NCBI GenBank assembly: GCA_024655825.1
Contig: JANLFJ010000001.1
Location: 111,497-175,496, forward strand
Reading direction: 5' to 3'
Source of the DNA: Peptococcaceae bacterium
GTDB lineage: Bacteria; Bacillota; Peptococcia; DRI-13; PHAD01
DNA: 64,000 nt
This document shows positions 28,338-38,534 of this stretch, piece by piece (position 1 is the first letter of the stretch; every line of letters starts with the position of its first letter). Position numbers and translations under genes: made by a program. The notes beneath the pieces are model-generated. The model saw nothing but the letters and a program-made list of their open reading frames with translations. It searched no databases and was not told the DNA's origin.

Positions 28338-29240
28338 TCACTGCTCCGAATAATATTTTTCTAACGCTTCCCAGTAAAGGTCTTCCGGTTCTCTTTCGAT
28401 ATGCAACTGTATAGAGCCAATAACGCTCACCAAGGAAACCCCAGTTATTTTTTTGATAGCCTGGTCCAAGTATGAACCGACCATGCTTTCCGATAATTTA
28501 AATGCAGCTCCTGGAGAATTAAAGTCATATGTCAAACGTTGTAAAGAAATTGTCCGTTGTCCGTTAGCATAGAATTGCATATATGAAAAACATGCAGCCG
28601 CAAATATTAAATCGGGAAGGCTTTGTTTTTCACGCATATTAAACATTACAGAATTGTTGGCCTCAGCTTTTTGTATAAGGCCTAGTTGTGTAAACGGGCA
28701 ATAAATCTCTGAGTCTTTTTGCTCTTCGTCCAAATACATTCTTATAATACAGGAAGCATCCTTTGCAAAGGCTGTTGCAGAAAGGTTGGACATCCGTTCG
28801 TATTTTTGGGCCTCAGTGGCCAAGGCCTTACTAAGAAGGTTATTATCAAAGCTCAATAAATTTGGTTTATTGAAGGCGAAACACCAGTTAATTGCTTCTA
28901 AAGTTGGCACAAAGAGCTGCCAATGGAGTAACCATAATGAGGCTAAATCCTCTAAAAACGGGTCCCATCCTTCATCACTAAAAAGCTTGTCCCCTAATTT
29001 GGTGGTTTCATAATTTGGGTTAATTAATTTAAAAGCTAAACACCAATAACGTATCGACTGTACCATATTCTTACCTACGCCGAGTCGCTCTATTGCATCT
29101 TCAGCTTTAAACGCATTACTATCAGCGCGTATGGCATCGTATCCTTTTTTTAACCAGCCATAACGGGGAGTAAAGGTTTCATGCCGGCCAAGATTGCCCT
29201 TTTCAATATATTCCTTATAATTTAGCGTCTCTGTCAGCAT
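28338..29240 (-). CDS. DUF4007-family protein (SspB-like)
   Basis: 300-aa ORF with AAGGAG RBS. The N-terminal GRHETFTPRYGWLKKGYD matches my recollection of the DUF4007 signature. It is the first gene of the operon. Confidence 0.6.
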   Translation of the reverse strand: MLTETLNYKEYIEKGNLGRHETFTPRYGWLKKGYDAIRADSNAFKAEDAIERLGVGKNMVQSIRYWCLAFKLINPNYETTKLGDKLFSDEGWDPFLEDLASLWLLHWQLFVPTLEAINWCFAFNKPNLLSFDNNLLSKALATEAQKYERMSNLSATAFAKDASCIIRMYLDEEQKDSEIYCPFTQLGLIQKAEANNSVMFNMREKQSLPDLIFAAACFSYMQFYANGQRTISLQRLTYDFNSPGAAFKLSESMVGSYLDQAIKKITGVSLVSVIGSIQLHIEREPEDLYWEALEKYYSEQ

Positions 29241-29546
29241 CAGTAATTTGCTCCTTGCTTTTTATTAATTCGATTCTATCATAATTAATTCTATAAATTA
29301 TTTCGACATGATCTTGTTAATTCCTGTAAAATTGATGAGAAATCTACCATCTTGATTTAAAAAAATGAGAACCCCTGACTATGCGACGCGGGTTTTTCAT
29401 TTTAAACGTAAATTTTATCTTAATACAGCGCCACCTCCTTGACCGGATCCGGGGAACCGGGATAATGACGATTGGATAAAAACAGCCGTTCGCACAAATA
29501 ATAAGCCTGTCAATAAGTTTAAATCCCAGTTAGCGGAGGTTGCGCG

Positions 29547-30023
29547 ATGATGCTCAAAAAAAAGGCCCGCATAATCACCGGCCTTGTCCTGATTCTTTTC
29601 TTTACGGGCGGGGTACTGCAGGACATGTTCAACTTATCCAAGGCCGCCCGTGGTGAGAGGGGAACCGTTTCCAGCAACGATGTCTGGGTCCTGTCGAAAA
29701 TAATCGCCGGGGAAGCGCGCGGCGAACCGTTTGTCGGGCAGGTTGCGGTAGGAGCGGTGGTGGTCAACAGGGTAAAGAACCCTAATTTCCCGAATTCCGT
29801 ATACGGGGTCGTTTTCGAGCCGGGAGCATTCACGGCTGTTTCCGACGGCCAGTACTACAGGCCGCCCACAAGCTCTGCGATAAAAGCGGCCCGGGCAGCT
29901 ATCAACGGCTGGGATCCCAGCGGGGGCGCGCTCTATTACTGGAACCCGGCCACAGCGACTTCCGGCTGGATCTGGACCAGGAGGATAATCACCCGGATCG
30001 GAAAACACCTTTTCGGCCGTTGA
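29547..30023 (+). CDS. Cell wall hydrolase, SleB/CwlJ (Hydrolase_2) family
   Basis: 158-aa ORF with an N-terminal TM or signal segment. Motif IIAGEARGEPFVGQVAVGAVVVNRV...FPNSVYGVVFEPGAFTAV. Directly upstream of ypeB, as in Bacillus sleB-ypeB. Confidence 0.85.
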   Translation: MMLKKKARIITGLVLILFFTGGVLQDMFNLSKAARGERGTVSSNDVWVLSKIIAGEARGEPFVGQVAVGAVVVNRVKNPNFPNSVYGVVFEPGAFTAVSDGQYYRPPTSSAIKAARAAINGWDPSGGALYYWNPATATSGWIWTRRIITRIGKHLFGR

Positions 30024-30044
30024 TAAAGGAGGGCAAAAACCACT

Positions 30045-31409
30045 ATGAAAAAATGGCGTAGCATGCTCATACCCGGCTTGCTGGTAGCAGCCCTGCTGGT
30101 TACGGGCGCCTGGGGCTACGGCGAGTACAGGACTAGGCAGCACCTGCAAAACAGGGCGGAAAGCCAGTATCAAAAAGACGCTCTTGAGCTGTCCTGGCAT
30201 TTGGACAATATTTCCGGGCAGCTGGCCCAGCTTATGGTTACATCTTCCAGGGAAAAGAACGTCATAGGCCTTGCGACGCTCTGGCGTGACGTATTTGCCG
30301 CCCAGTCCAGCATCGGCGGGCTGCCCCTGGCTTTCATCCCGCTTTCCAATACAGAAAAATTTCTTTCGGATGCTGGAGAAGCGGCCTTCGGCATACTGAA
30401 ACGTGTTGTTCAGGGTGCCGGAGAGTTGACTAAAAAAGATAAAGAAATAATCGCCCAGCTTTACGACAGGTCGAAAACGCTTAAAGGCGATATGAACAAG
30501 CTGTCCGCCCGGGTGCTGGACAGGGACCTCAACTGGACGGAAGTGGAAACGGCCGCTGTTAATCAAAACAAAAAGCTGCAGGACAACACCATACTCGACG
30601 GTTTTGAATTAATGGAAAAAAAGATGGAAGAATACCCGGAACTGAATTTGGGCAAGGACCTTGACCCCGTCAAACCAGATACCAGGGTGGTCCGGGAGGA
30701 TAAGAAAATAGACGTTGAGCAGGCCAAAAAGGCGGCCAGGGAATGGTGGTATTCCCCGGGCGATGAACACGCCGTGAAGGTTGTTTACCAGGGAGTCGGC
30801 GATATTCCCGAATATGGATTGGAAATCACACCTTCGCCGGGGGAAAACGAACCGGTTTACATCAGTGTGAGCAAACTTGACGGGACGGTTATCTGGGCCG
30901 TGAAGCCAAGGGCAATAAACGCGCCCGGCATCGACTTCAGTGAAGCGGAACGCAGGGCGTTGGCTTTTTTGCAAAAACGTGGTTTTGAAAACGTGGTTAC
31001 TGTCAATGTGGCACAGGAGGACGACAGCGCGGTATATACTTTTGTGCCGCGGCAGGGCGAGGTCCTGCTTTATCCTGACCAGCTCAAGGTAATGGTGGCC
31101 CTGGATAACGGTGAAATAAACGGTTTTGAAGGCGCTTCCTATTACATGTATCACCGGGAAAGGACCCTGGAGGCGCCTGCCCTGAGCGAAAAAGACCTGC
31201 GTAAACTGATAAGTCCGAACCTGAAGGTCGAACTGGTCCGTCCCGCCCTGATCAGCAGCGGGCGGGGGATGGAAGTCTTGACCTGGGAGGTCAGGGGTTC
31301 CTATGAAAACGAGAAATTCGTCATATTTTATAATGCCCAAACCGGCAGCGAGGAGGAAATCACCAGGATTACGCCGCCTCCCAGGTTTACTTTTACCGTC
31401 GCCGGCTGA
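30045..31409 (+). CDS. ypeB: Germination protein YpeB
   Basis: 454-aa ORF with an N-terminal membrane anchor, C-terminal PepSY-like repeats, and sleB-ypeB synteny. Confidence 0.8.
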   Translation: MKKWRSMLIPGLLVAALLVTGAWGYGEYRTRQHLQNRAESQYQKDALELSWHLDNISGQLAQLMVTSSREKNVIGLATLWRDVFAAQSSIGGLPLAFIPLSNTEKFLSDAGEAAFGILKRVVQGAGELTKKDKEIIAQLYDRSKTLKGDMNKLSARVLDRDLNWTEVETAAVNQNKKLQDNTILDGFELMEKKMEEYPELNLGKDLDPVKPDTRVVREDKKIDVEQAKKAAREWWYSPGDEHAVKVVYQGVGDIPEYGLEITPSPGENEPVYISVSKLDGTVIWAVKPRAINAPGIDFSEAERRALAFLQKRGFENVVTVNVAQEDDSAVYTFVPRQGEVLLYPDQLKVMVALDNGEINGFEGASYYMYHRERTLEAPALSEKDLRKLISPNLKVELVRPALISSGRGMEVLTWEVRGSYENEKFVIFYNAQTGSEEEITRITPPPRFTFTVAG

Positions 31410-31418
31410 GCGTGTTAC

Positions 31419-31447
31419 AGCGCCGTCCAAAAAGCGGCGTTTTTATT
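31419..31447 (+). terminator. Rho-independent terminator candidate after ypeB
   Basis: Stem AGCGCCG / CGGCGTT of 7 bp including one G-U pair, 8-nt loop (31426-31433), then TTTTATTTTATT. Confidence 0.45.
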
Positions 31448-31472
31448 TTATTCATATATCCTTGGGCATGCG

Positions 31473-31502
31473 TTGACATGATAGTAATGTCCAACATATA
31501 AT
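31473..31502 (+). promoter_or_regulatory. SigA-type promoter candidate for argS
   Basis: TTGACA (31473-31478), 18-nt spacer, TATAAT (31497-31502), ~105 nt upstream of the argS ATG. Confidence 0.5.
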
Positions 31503-31606
31503 TGTGAAAAGGAAAAAACATTCAATTACCCTGGCTTTGGCGCTTGGTGTTTTTGCTTTTTTGGGGATACTTAGTGGTGGGTTAAAAGCCGGAGGAGGAC
31601 ATAAAG

Positions 31607-33280
31607 ATGAGTATTATCGCTTCCATCAGGGAAAAAATTCGCCAAGAGGTTAAAAGCTCCCTTTTCAGGGCCCAGAAGGCAGGCCGGATTGTTTTCCAGG
31701 AGATGCCGGAATTTGTTGTAGAAGTGCCCAGGGACAAGTCTCACGGCGATTTTGCCGTTAATGCGGCGATGCTCCTGACAAAGGAAGCGAAAATGGCCCC
31801 CCGTGCTATTGCTCAGATAATCGTGGAGTTTTTGCGGGACGAAGACGGCTGGTTTGAAAAAGTGGAGGTGGCAGGTCCTGGTTTTATCAACTTTTTCCTG
31901 AACACTTCCTGGGTTTATGGAGTTTTGCCGATGGTTATAAAACAAGATGACAAGTACGGGTATTCCGATTTCGGGTCCGGCCGAAAAGTTCAGGTGGAGT
32001 TCGTCAGCGCCAACCCCACCGGGTTATTGCACATGGGCAACGCCAGGGGTGCGGCCCTGGGAGACACCCTGAGCAATATCCTGGAAGCGGCCGGCTATGA
32101 GGTAACCAGGGAATTCTACATAAACGACGCAGGCAACCAGATCGAAAACTTCGGCAAATCCCTTGAAGCTCGCTATCTCCAGCTATTAGGCGTTGATGCT
32201 CCCTTTCCCGAAGAAGGTTATCACGGGGAAGATATTATAGAAACCGTGAAAAACATCGCAGCCGAGATTAAGGATAAATACCTTGACCTTGACCCGGCGC
32301 TGCGCCGGGAGTTCTTAATCAAAAAGGCCCTGGAGGAGAAAATAAATTCGATAAAAAACGACCTGGCCAACTTCGGCGTGGAATACGATGTTTGGTTTAG
32401 CGAGCAGACCCTTCATGACAGCGGCGCAATTTCAAGAACGGTTGAAGAACTGAAGGAAAAAGGTTACATATATGAAAAGGGAGGTGCCCTGTGGTTTAAA
32501 TCAACGCTTTTCGGCGACGAAAAAGACGAAGTTGTCGTTCGTTCCAACGGCGTGCCCACCTATTTCGCTGCCGATATAGCCTATCATAAGAACAAATTCG
32601 AAAGGGGTTTCGACCGGGTGATCGATATTTGGGGTGCCGATCATCACGGCCACGTCTCGCGCATGAAAGGCGCCATGAAGGCGCTCGGCTATAACCCCGA
32701 CAACCTTCAGGTCATCCTCATGCAGCTTGTCCGCCTTTACCGGGGCGGCGAAATAGTGCGCATGTCCAAGCGGAGCGGCCAGTACATTACCCTTTCCGAG
32801 CTGGTGGAGGAAGTGGGCAAGGATGCTGCGCGCTATTATTTTGTAATGCGCAGTCCCGACAGCCACCTGGATTTTGATCTGGACCTGGCCAAAGAGGAAT
32901 CGGCGGAAAACCCGGTTTATTACGTTCAGTACGCCCATGCCCGTATCAACAGCATTCTAAAGGCTTTTGCCGGGCAGATGCCCGGGGTTGACGAGGTGAA
33001 TTTTAACTTGTTGACTGAGCCGTATGAAATAGAATTAATCCGCAAAATTGCGGATTTACCGGAGGAAATAACCGGCGCGGCCGTGAATATGGAACCTCAC
33101 CGGATGACCCGTTATGCTCACGAACTGGCTTCGCTCTTCCACAGTTTTTACAACAGCTGCCGCGTCTTAACGGACGACGAGGAACTCAAAAAGGCGCGCC
33201 TTCTCCTGGTAGACGCCGTCCGCATAACCCTGCGCAATGTCCTTGGATTGATTGGGGTGAGCGCTCCTGTAAGGATGTAA
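31607..33280 (+). CDS. argS: Arginine--tRNA ligase
   Basis: 557-aa ORF. Class I HIGH-type motif [15 protein letters not shown] and an MSKRSG (KMSKS-type) motif. Confidence 0.95.
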   Translation: MSIIASIREKIRQEVKSSLFRAQKAGRIVFQEMPEFVVEVPRDKSHGDFAVNAAMLLTKEAKMAPRAIAQIIVEFLRDEDGWFEKVEVAGPGFINFFLNTSWVYGVLPMVIKQDDKYGYSDFGSGRKVQVEFVSANPTGLLHMGNARGAALGDTLSNILEAAGYEVTREFYINDAGNQIENFGKSLEARYLQLLGVDAPFPEEGYHGEDIIETVKNIAAEIKDKYLDLDPALRREFLIKKALEEKINSIKNDLANFGVEYDVWFSEQTLHDSGAISRTVEELKEKGYIYEKGGALWFKSTLFGDEKDEVVVRSNGVPTYFAADIAYHKNKFERGFDRVIDIWGADHHGHVSRMKGAMKALGYNPDNLQVILMQLVRLYRGGEIVRMSKRSGQYITLSELVEEVGKDAARYYFVMRSPDSHLDFDLDLAKEESAENPVYYVQYAHARINSILKAFAGQMPGVDEVNFNLLTEPYEIELIRKIADLPEEITGAAVNMEPHRMTRYAHELASLFHSFYNSCRVLTDDEELKKARLLLVDAVRITLRNVLGLIGVSAPVRM

Positions 33281-33397
33281 TTTTTACGATTCCTTAATCA
33301 AATAAAGTATTATTGTAAGCAGGATGGTGGATGTATTAACGAGAATAATAGGAAAGAATTACTTGATGCTTAGGTCGACCGAAGGGGTGGAAAATAA

Positions 33398-33796
33398 ATG
33401 GAAGAATCCAGCTTGAATATTAATCCGAAGTTGTCAGAAGTGGACATTGCTTACCAGATTCTGAAAAGAAGCGGTTCGGGCAAGAGTTTTCGCGAGCTGA
33501 TGCAGCAGGTTTGCGCCATTAAGGGGATAACTCCGGATAACCCCCAGTTGATGGCCGCATTTCATACACAGATTAACCTTGATAACCGTTTTACCTATCA
33601 GGGCCAGGGGAACTGGGGTTTAAAGGAATGGACACAGGCCAAGGTTGTACGCCGCAACATCTCTTACGCTGCCGCCGGCAGGCACGTTCCTTTTCGCCGC
33701 CGTTCCCTGCAGGACGAAGTCGAGCACGATGAGAACGAATACGGTGACGGTTTTGAGTTCATTCCTTCTGATGATGAAGAAGAATGGGAGGAATAA
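33398..33796 (+). CDS. rpoE: DNA-directed RNA polymerase subunit delta
   Basis: 132-aa ORF with a HARE-HTH-like N-terminus and an acidic C-terminal tail (SDDEEEWEE). Lies upstream of pyrG, as in Bacillus. Confidence 0.8.
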   Translation: MEESSLNINPKLSEVDIAYQILKRSGSGKSFRELMQQVCAIKGITPDNPQLMAAFHTQINLDNRFTYQGQGNWGLKEWTQAKVVRRNISYAAAGRHVPFRRRSLQDEVEHDENEYGDGFEFIPSDDEEEWEE

Positions 33797-33903
33797 AGGG
33801 CCTGTCCGGAATAATACAAACCGTCAAGATAAATATTGAGAAAGCGTATAAAAAGGCAGGGATGCAAGGAAAAAAAGTGATAAGAGAATTTGACTGCAGG
33901 TAA

Positions 33904-35589
<1,686 letters not shown>

Positions 35590-35591
35590 TT

Positions 35592-35622
35592 AAAATCGCC
35601 TGGTGGGGCGATTTTAATTTTA
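35592..35622 (+). terminator. Rho-independent terminator after pyrG
   Basis: AAAATCGCC / GGCGATTTT, a 9-bp perfect stem with a 6-nt loop, followed by AATTTTA. Confidence 0.7.
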
Positions 35623-35750
35623 AGCATGATTTTTATAAAATTATGAAATAAGTCCTGCATTTTGAGATAGCAGTATACATTTTGGAAGACATTGGTTAAA
35701 ATAAGAATTGATATAAGCCCTAAGATAAACAACTAGCCAGGAGGGACCCG

Positions 35751-36833
35751 ATGTATCGAGCGAGGCTGATTGGACCGCAGGAAAAGGAAGCCTTTAATAA
35801 CTTCGTAGCGTACGCTCCCAAGGGACATATCCTGCAGTCCTATGAATGGGGGGAGATAAAAGGGCGGGGAGAATGGCAGCCTATCAGGCTTCTGGTGGAG
35901 GACAAAGAGGGGGTGCCGCGCGCAGCGGTTTCCATTTTAAAGCGGCGCATTCCACTGCTGGGAAAGGCCATTTTTTACGCGCCCCGGGGACCGGTGGGCG
36001 ATGTTGAAGACTGGGAATTGATGGATTTCCTGTTTGCAGAAGTCAAAAAACTGGCTTCCCGGCACAGGGCCGTATTTTTAAAAATCGACCCGGATATTCC
36101 TGCCGGTCACCGGTCTTTTGGCGAATACCTTAAGTCAAGAAATTTTGTTGCCGGGGACAAAGGAGCCGGTTTCGAAGGTGTCCAGCCCAAATTTGTTTTT
36201 CGACTTGATTTGAGCCCTTCGCTAGAAGACCTTTTCCACCGTTTTCACCCCAAGACCCGCTATAACATACGGTTAGCCGAAAAAAAGGGAGTAGAGGTCC
36301 GCGATGACTGCACCAGGGAAGACCTGCCGGTATTTTACGAAATACTGAAAGAGACCACAGAACGCGACAGATTCCTTGTCCGTCCCTACCCGTATTTCCT
36401 TGATTTGTGGGATTATCTTACCCCCCCCGGGTACCTAAAACTATTTATGGCCTATTACGAAGGCAAAGCGATTGCCGGAACCCTGGCCTTTCTCTTTGGG
36501 GACAAGGCCTGGTATATCTACGGGGCTTCTTCCAACAGCCACCGGAACGTAATGCCCAACTACCTGCTGCAGTGGCGGATGATCCAATGGGCCAAGGAAA
36601 ACGGCTGCCTGTTTTACGACTTCAGGGGCGTGCCGGGCAATCTCTCTGAAGACAACCCGCTTTACGGATTGTATCGCTTCAAGAAAGGCTTCAACGGGAC
36701 ATATACCGAATTTATCGGAGAGCACGACCTGGTATTTCTGCCTTGCCATTACAGGCTTTGGACGCGGCTCGAACCTCTCTATCAGAAAAACGTCAGGCGC
36801 CTGATTAACCTGAAAAAACGACTAAAAAAATAG
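35751..36833 (+). CDS. FemAB-family peptidoglycan bridge-formation aminoacyltransferase
   Basis: 360-aa ORF. FemAB-like features: HILQSYEWGEIK, NYLLQWRMIQWAKENGCLFYDFRG, YRFKKGF. Confidence 0.8.
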   Translation: MYRARLIGPQEKEAFNNFVAYAPKGHILQSYEWGEIKGRGEWQPIRLLVEDKEGVPRAAVSILKRRIPLLGKAIFYAPRGPVGDVEDWELMDFLFAEVKKLASRHRAVFLKIDPDIPAGHRSFGEYLKSRNFVAGDKGAGFEGVQPKFVFRLDLSPSLEDLFHRFHPKTRYNIRLAEKKGVEVRDDCTREDLPVFYEILKETTERDRFLVRPYPYFLDLWDYLTPPGYLKLFMAYYEGKAIAGTLAFLFGDKAWYIYGASSNSHRNVMPNYLLQWRMIQWAKENGCLFYDFRGVPGNLSEDNPLYGLYRFKKGFNGTYTEFIGEHDLVFLPCHYRLWTRLEPLYQKNVRRLINLKKRLKK

Positions 36834-36846
36834 GGGCGGTGAAACG

Positions 36847-38034
36847 ATGGATTCTTTTTCGACTGTCCCGAAATGGGTGGAAATCGACCTTGAGGCCATA
36901 AGTCACAATTACTTCCAGCTGCGCCGGCTGGTGGGCAAGGACGTGAAGATACTTGGTGTAGTTAAGGCGGATGCCTACGGTCACGGCGCGGTTGAAGTCG
37001 CGCGAACCCTTGAGCAGCTGGGGATAGATATGCTGGGCGTCACTACCGTGGAAGAAGGCCGGCAGCTGAGAGAAGGAAGGATCAATGCGCCTGTTTTGGT
37101 TTTCGGACCGTTTCTGCCTGAAGAAGCACAGGCCGTTGCCGACCTGGAATTGACGGCGACCATCGCTTCCCGCCGGTCCCTGGACTGGTTAGATGATGCC
37201 GGGTCAAAATCCAACCGCAAGATAAGCGTTCACCTGAAGGTCGAAACGGGAATGGGTCGCCTGGGGTATTGGCCGGATGAAATTGCCGACGCCGCCCTGG
37301 CGGTCCTCAACAGTTCCGGGCTGGTGCTGGAAGGGATTTACTCCCATTTGTCAACCGCCATGTGGAAGAACAAAACAAACGCCAAAAAGCAGTTTGGCCT
37401 GTTCAAAAAAGCCCTTGAGGAGTTGGAACGAGCCGGGATAAAGGGGATAACCAGGCATATTGCCAACAGCGCCGCACTGCTGGATTTACCGGAAATGCAC
37501 CTGGATATGGTCCGCACGGGCACCCTTCTTTATGGACAGTATCCGAGCCCCTGGCAGGAAGGGATGTTGGACTTGAAGGACCCCTGGGTTATGAAGGCGC
37601 GTGTTATTCACCTGCGTGAATTACCGCCGGGCCACGGCGTGGGCTACGGTCGTGCGTTCGTGACTTCCCGCAAAACAACGGTGGCGCTTCTGCCGGTGGG
37701 TTTTGCCGACGGATTACAGGTGGAGCCGGTTTTTAAACCTGCCAGTTTTCTAGAGCTGCTTAAAGGGATAGCCAAGCTGGTTTTGCAATACCTGAATCAC
37801 CCTCGTATGAGGCCTGCTGTCGTCTTTCCCGGGGGCCAAGGGCGTGTTATCGGGAAAGTGGGCATGCAAATGACGATGGTGGATGTGACCGGCATTCCGG
37901 GCCTTGAGATTGGGACGACGGCCCAGGTGCCGGCAAGGAGAACGGCGGTGAGCCCGGCAGTTCCCAGGCGTTATATTCATAAGGGGGAAAAGCTTAACTA
38001 CCGTCAACAAATACTCCTGGAAAAAGGGTGGTAA
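36847..38034 (+). CDS. alr: Alanine racemase
   Basis: 395-aa ORF. PLP-lysine motif VVKADAYGHG, plus the C-terminal VGYGR and GKVGMQMTMVDV segments. Confidence 0.9.
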   Translation: MDSFSTVPKWVEIDLEAISHNYFQLRRLVGKDVKILGVVKADAYGHGAVEVARTLEQLGIDMLGVTTVEEGRQLREGRINAPVLVFGPFLPEEAQAVADLELTATIASRRSLDWLDDAGSKSNRKISVHLKVETGMGRLGYWPDEIADAALAVLNSSGLVLEGIYSHLSTAMWKNKTNAKKQFGLFKKALEELERAGIKGITRHIANSAALLDLPEMHLDMVRTGTLLYGQYPSPWQEGMLDLKDPWVMKARVIHLRELPPGHGVGYGRAFVTSRKTTVALLPVGFADGLQVEPVFKPASFLELLKGIAKLVLQYLNHPRMRPAVVFPGGQGRVIGKVGMQMTMVDVTGIPGLEIGTTAQVPARRTAVSPAVPRRYIHKGEKLNYRQQILLEKGW

Positions 38035-38037
38035 ACA

Positions 38038-38406
38038 ATGAGTATTCACGGTAAGGTGCTGGTGGTGGACGACCAGGAAGGGATCAGAAGACTGCTCGGT
38101 GAGACCTGTGCCATTCTGGGATATGAAGCGGTTACCGTTTCAACGGGGAACGAGGCTGTCAGGATGGCGGCGAATACTCAATTCAGCGCGGCGCTTATCG
38201 ACATGAAAATGCCTGGTCTAAGCGGACTTGAAACCATAAAACGGCTTCGCGAAATAGCCCCCCTGCTTAAAATAGTCCTGATGACCGGTTACGGTGAGAT
38301 TTACCAGGCCGAAGACATTGCCAGGCTGGGGGTGTGCGGGATCATCCGCAAACCTTTTGATCTTGAAGAAATAAAGAATTTTTTGGAAGGTATGAACAGC
38401 GCCTGA
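38038..38406 (+). CDS. Single-domain response regulator (CheY-like receiver)
   Basis: 122-aa ORF with VLVVDDQ, the phospho-acceptor context LIDMKMPG, and a conserved Lys in IRKPF. Confidence 0.85.
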   Translation: MSIHGKVLVVDDQEGIRRLLGETCAILGYEAVTVSTGNEAVRMAANTQFSAALIDMKMPGLSGLETIKRLREIAPLLKIVLMTGYGEIYQAEDIARLGVCGIIRKPFDLEEIKNFLEGMNSA

Positions 38407-38534
38407 AAAAGTATCCTTTTCCTTCGGAAAACTGGCAGGATTTTGTAAAGCGATGAAGAATACTTTTTTGGGTCATTGACTTGAACTGCACGCCGTTCTA
38501 ATGTTTTTACTTTTAGGAATCAGGTGGAAGGAAG

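Larger units (their letters stand above)
7566..29240 (-). other. AT-rich eight-gene minus-strand operon: candidate composite DNA-modification/restriction defence island
   Basis: All eight ORFs are co-oriented with gaps of -26 to +27 nt. Spot GC counts of single 60-nt lines give ~28-42% inside and ~53-65% in the right flank (not a full computation). No plus-strand ORF of substance lies inside. Confidence 0.8.

Noticed and set aside
7566-29240. Classifying the island as BREX (type 2 because of the PglW-like kinase, or type 4 because of the PAPS-reductase domain).
   Set aside because: No PglZ alkaline-phosphatase-type protein, PglX methyltransferase or BrxL/Lon-like protein is encoded, and PglZ is a universal BREX component as I recall. 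Only the PglW-like and BrxC/PglY-like resemblances are retained.
7442-29420. Direct repeats flanking the island as att-like sites: the 9-mer gctccttgc at ~7486 and ~29249, and the 8-mer ttgatgag at ~7456 and ~29323.
   Set aside because: Matches of this length between two ~150-nt windows are expected by chance at roughly the 10% level. The right-hand 9-mer is simply the complement of the first gene's RBS.
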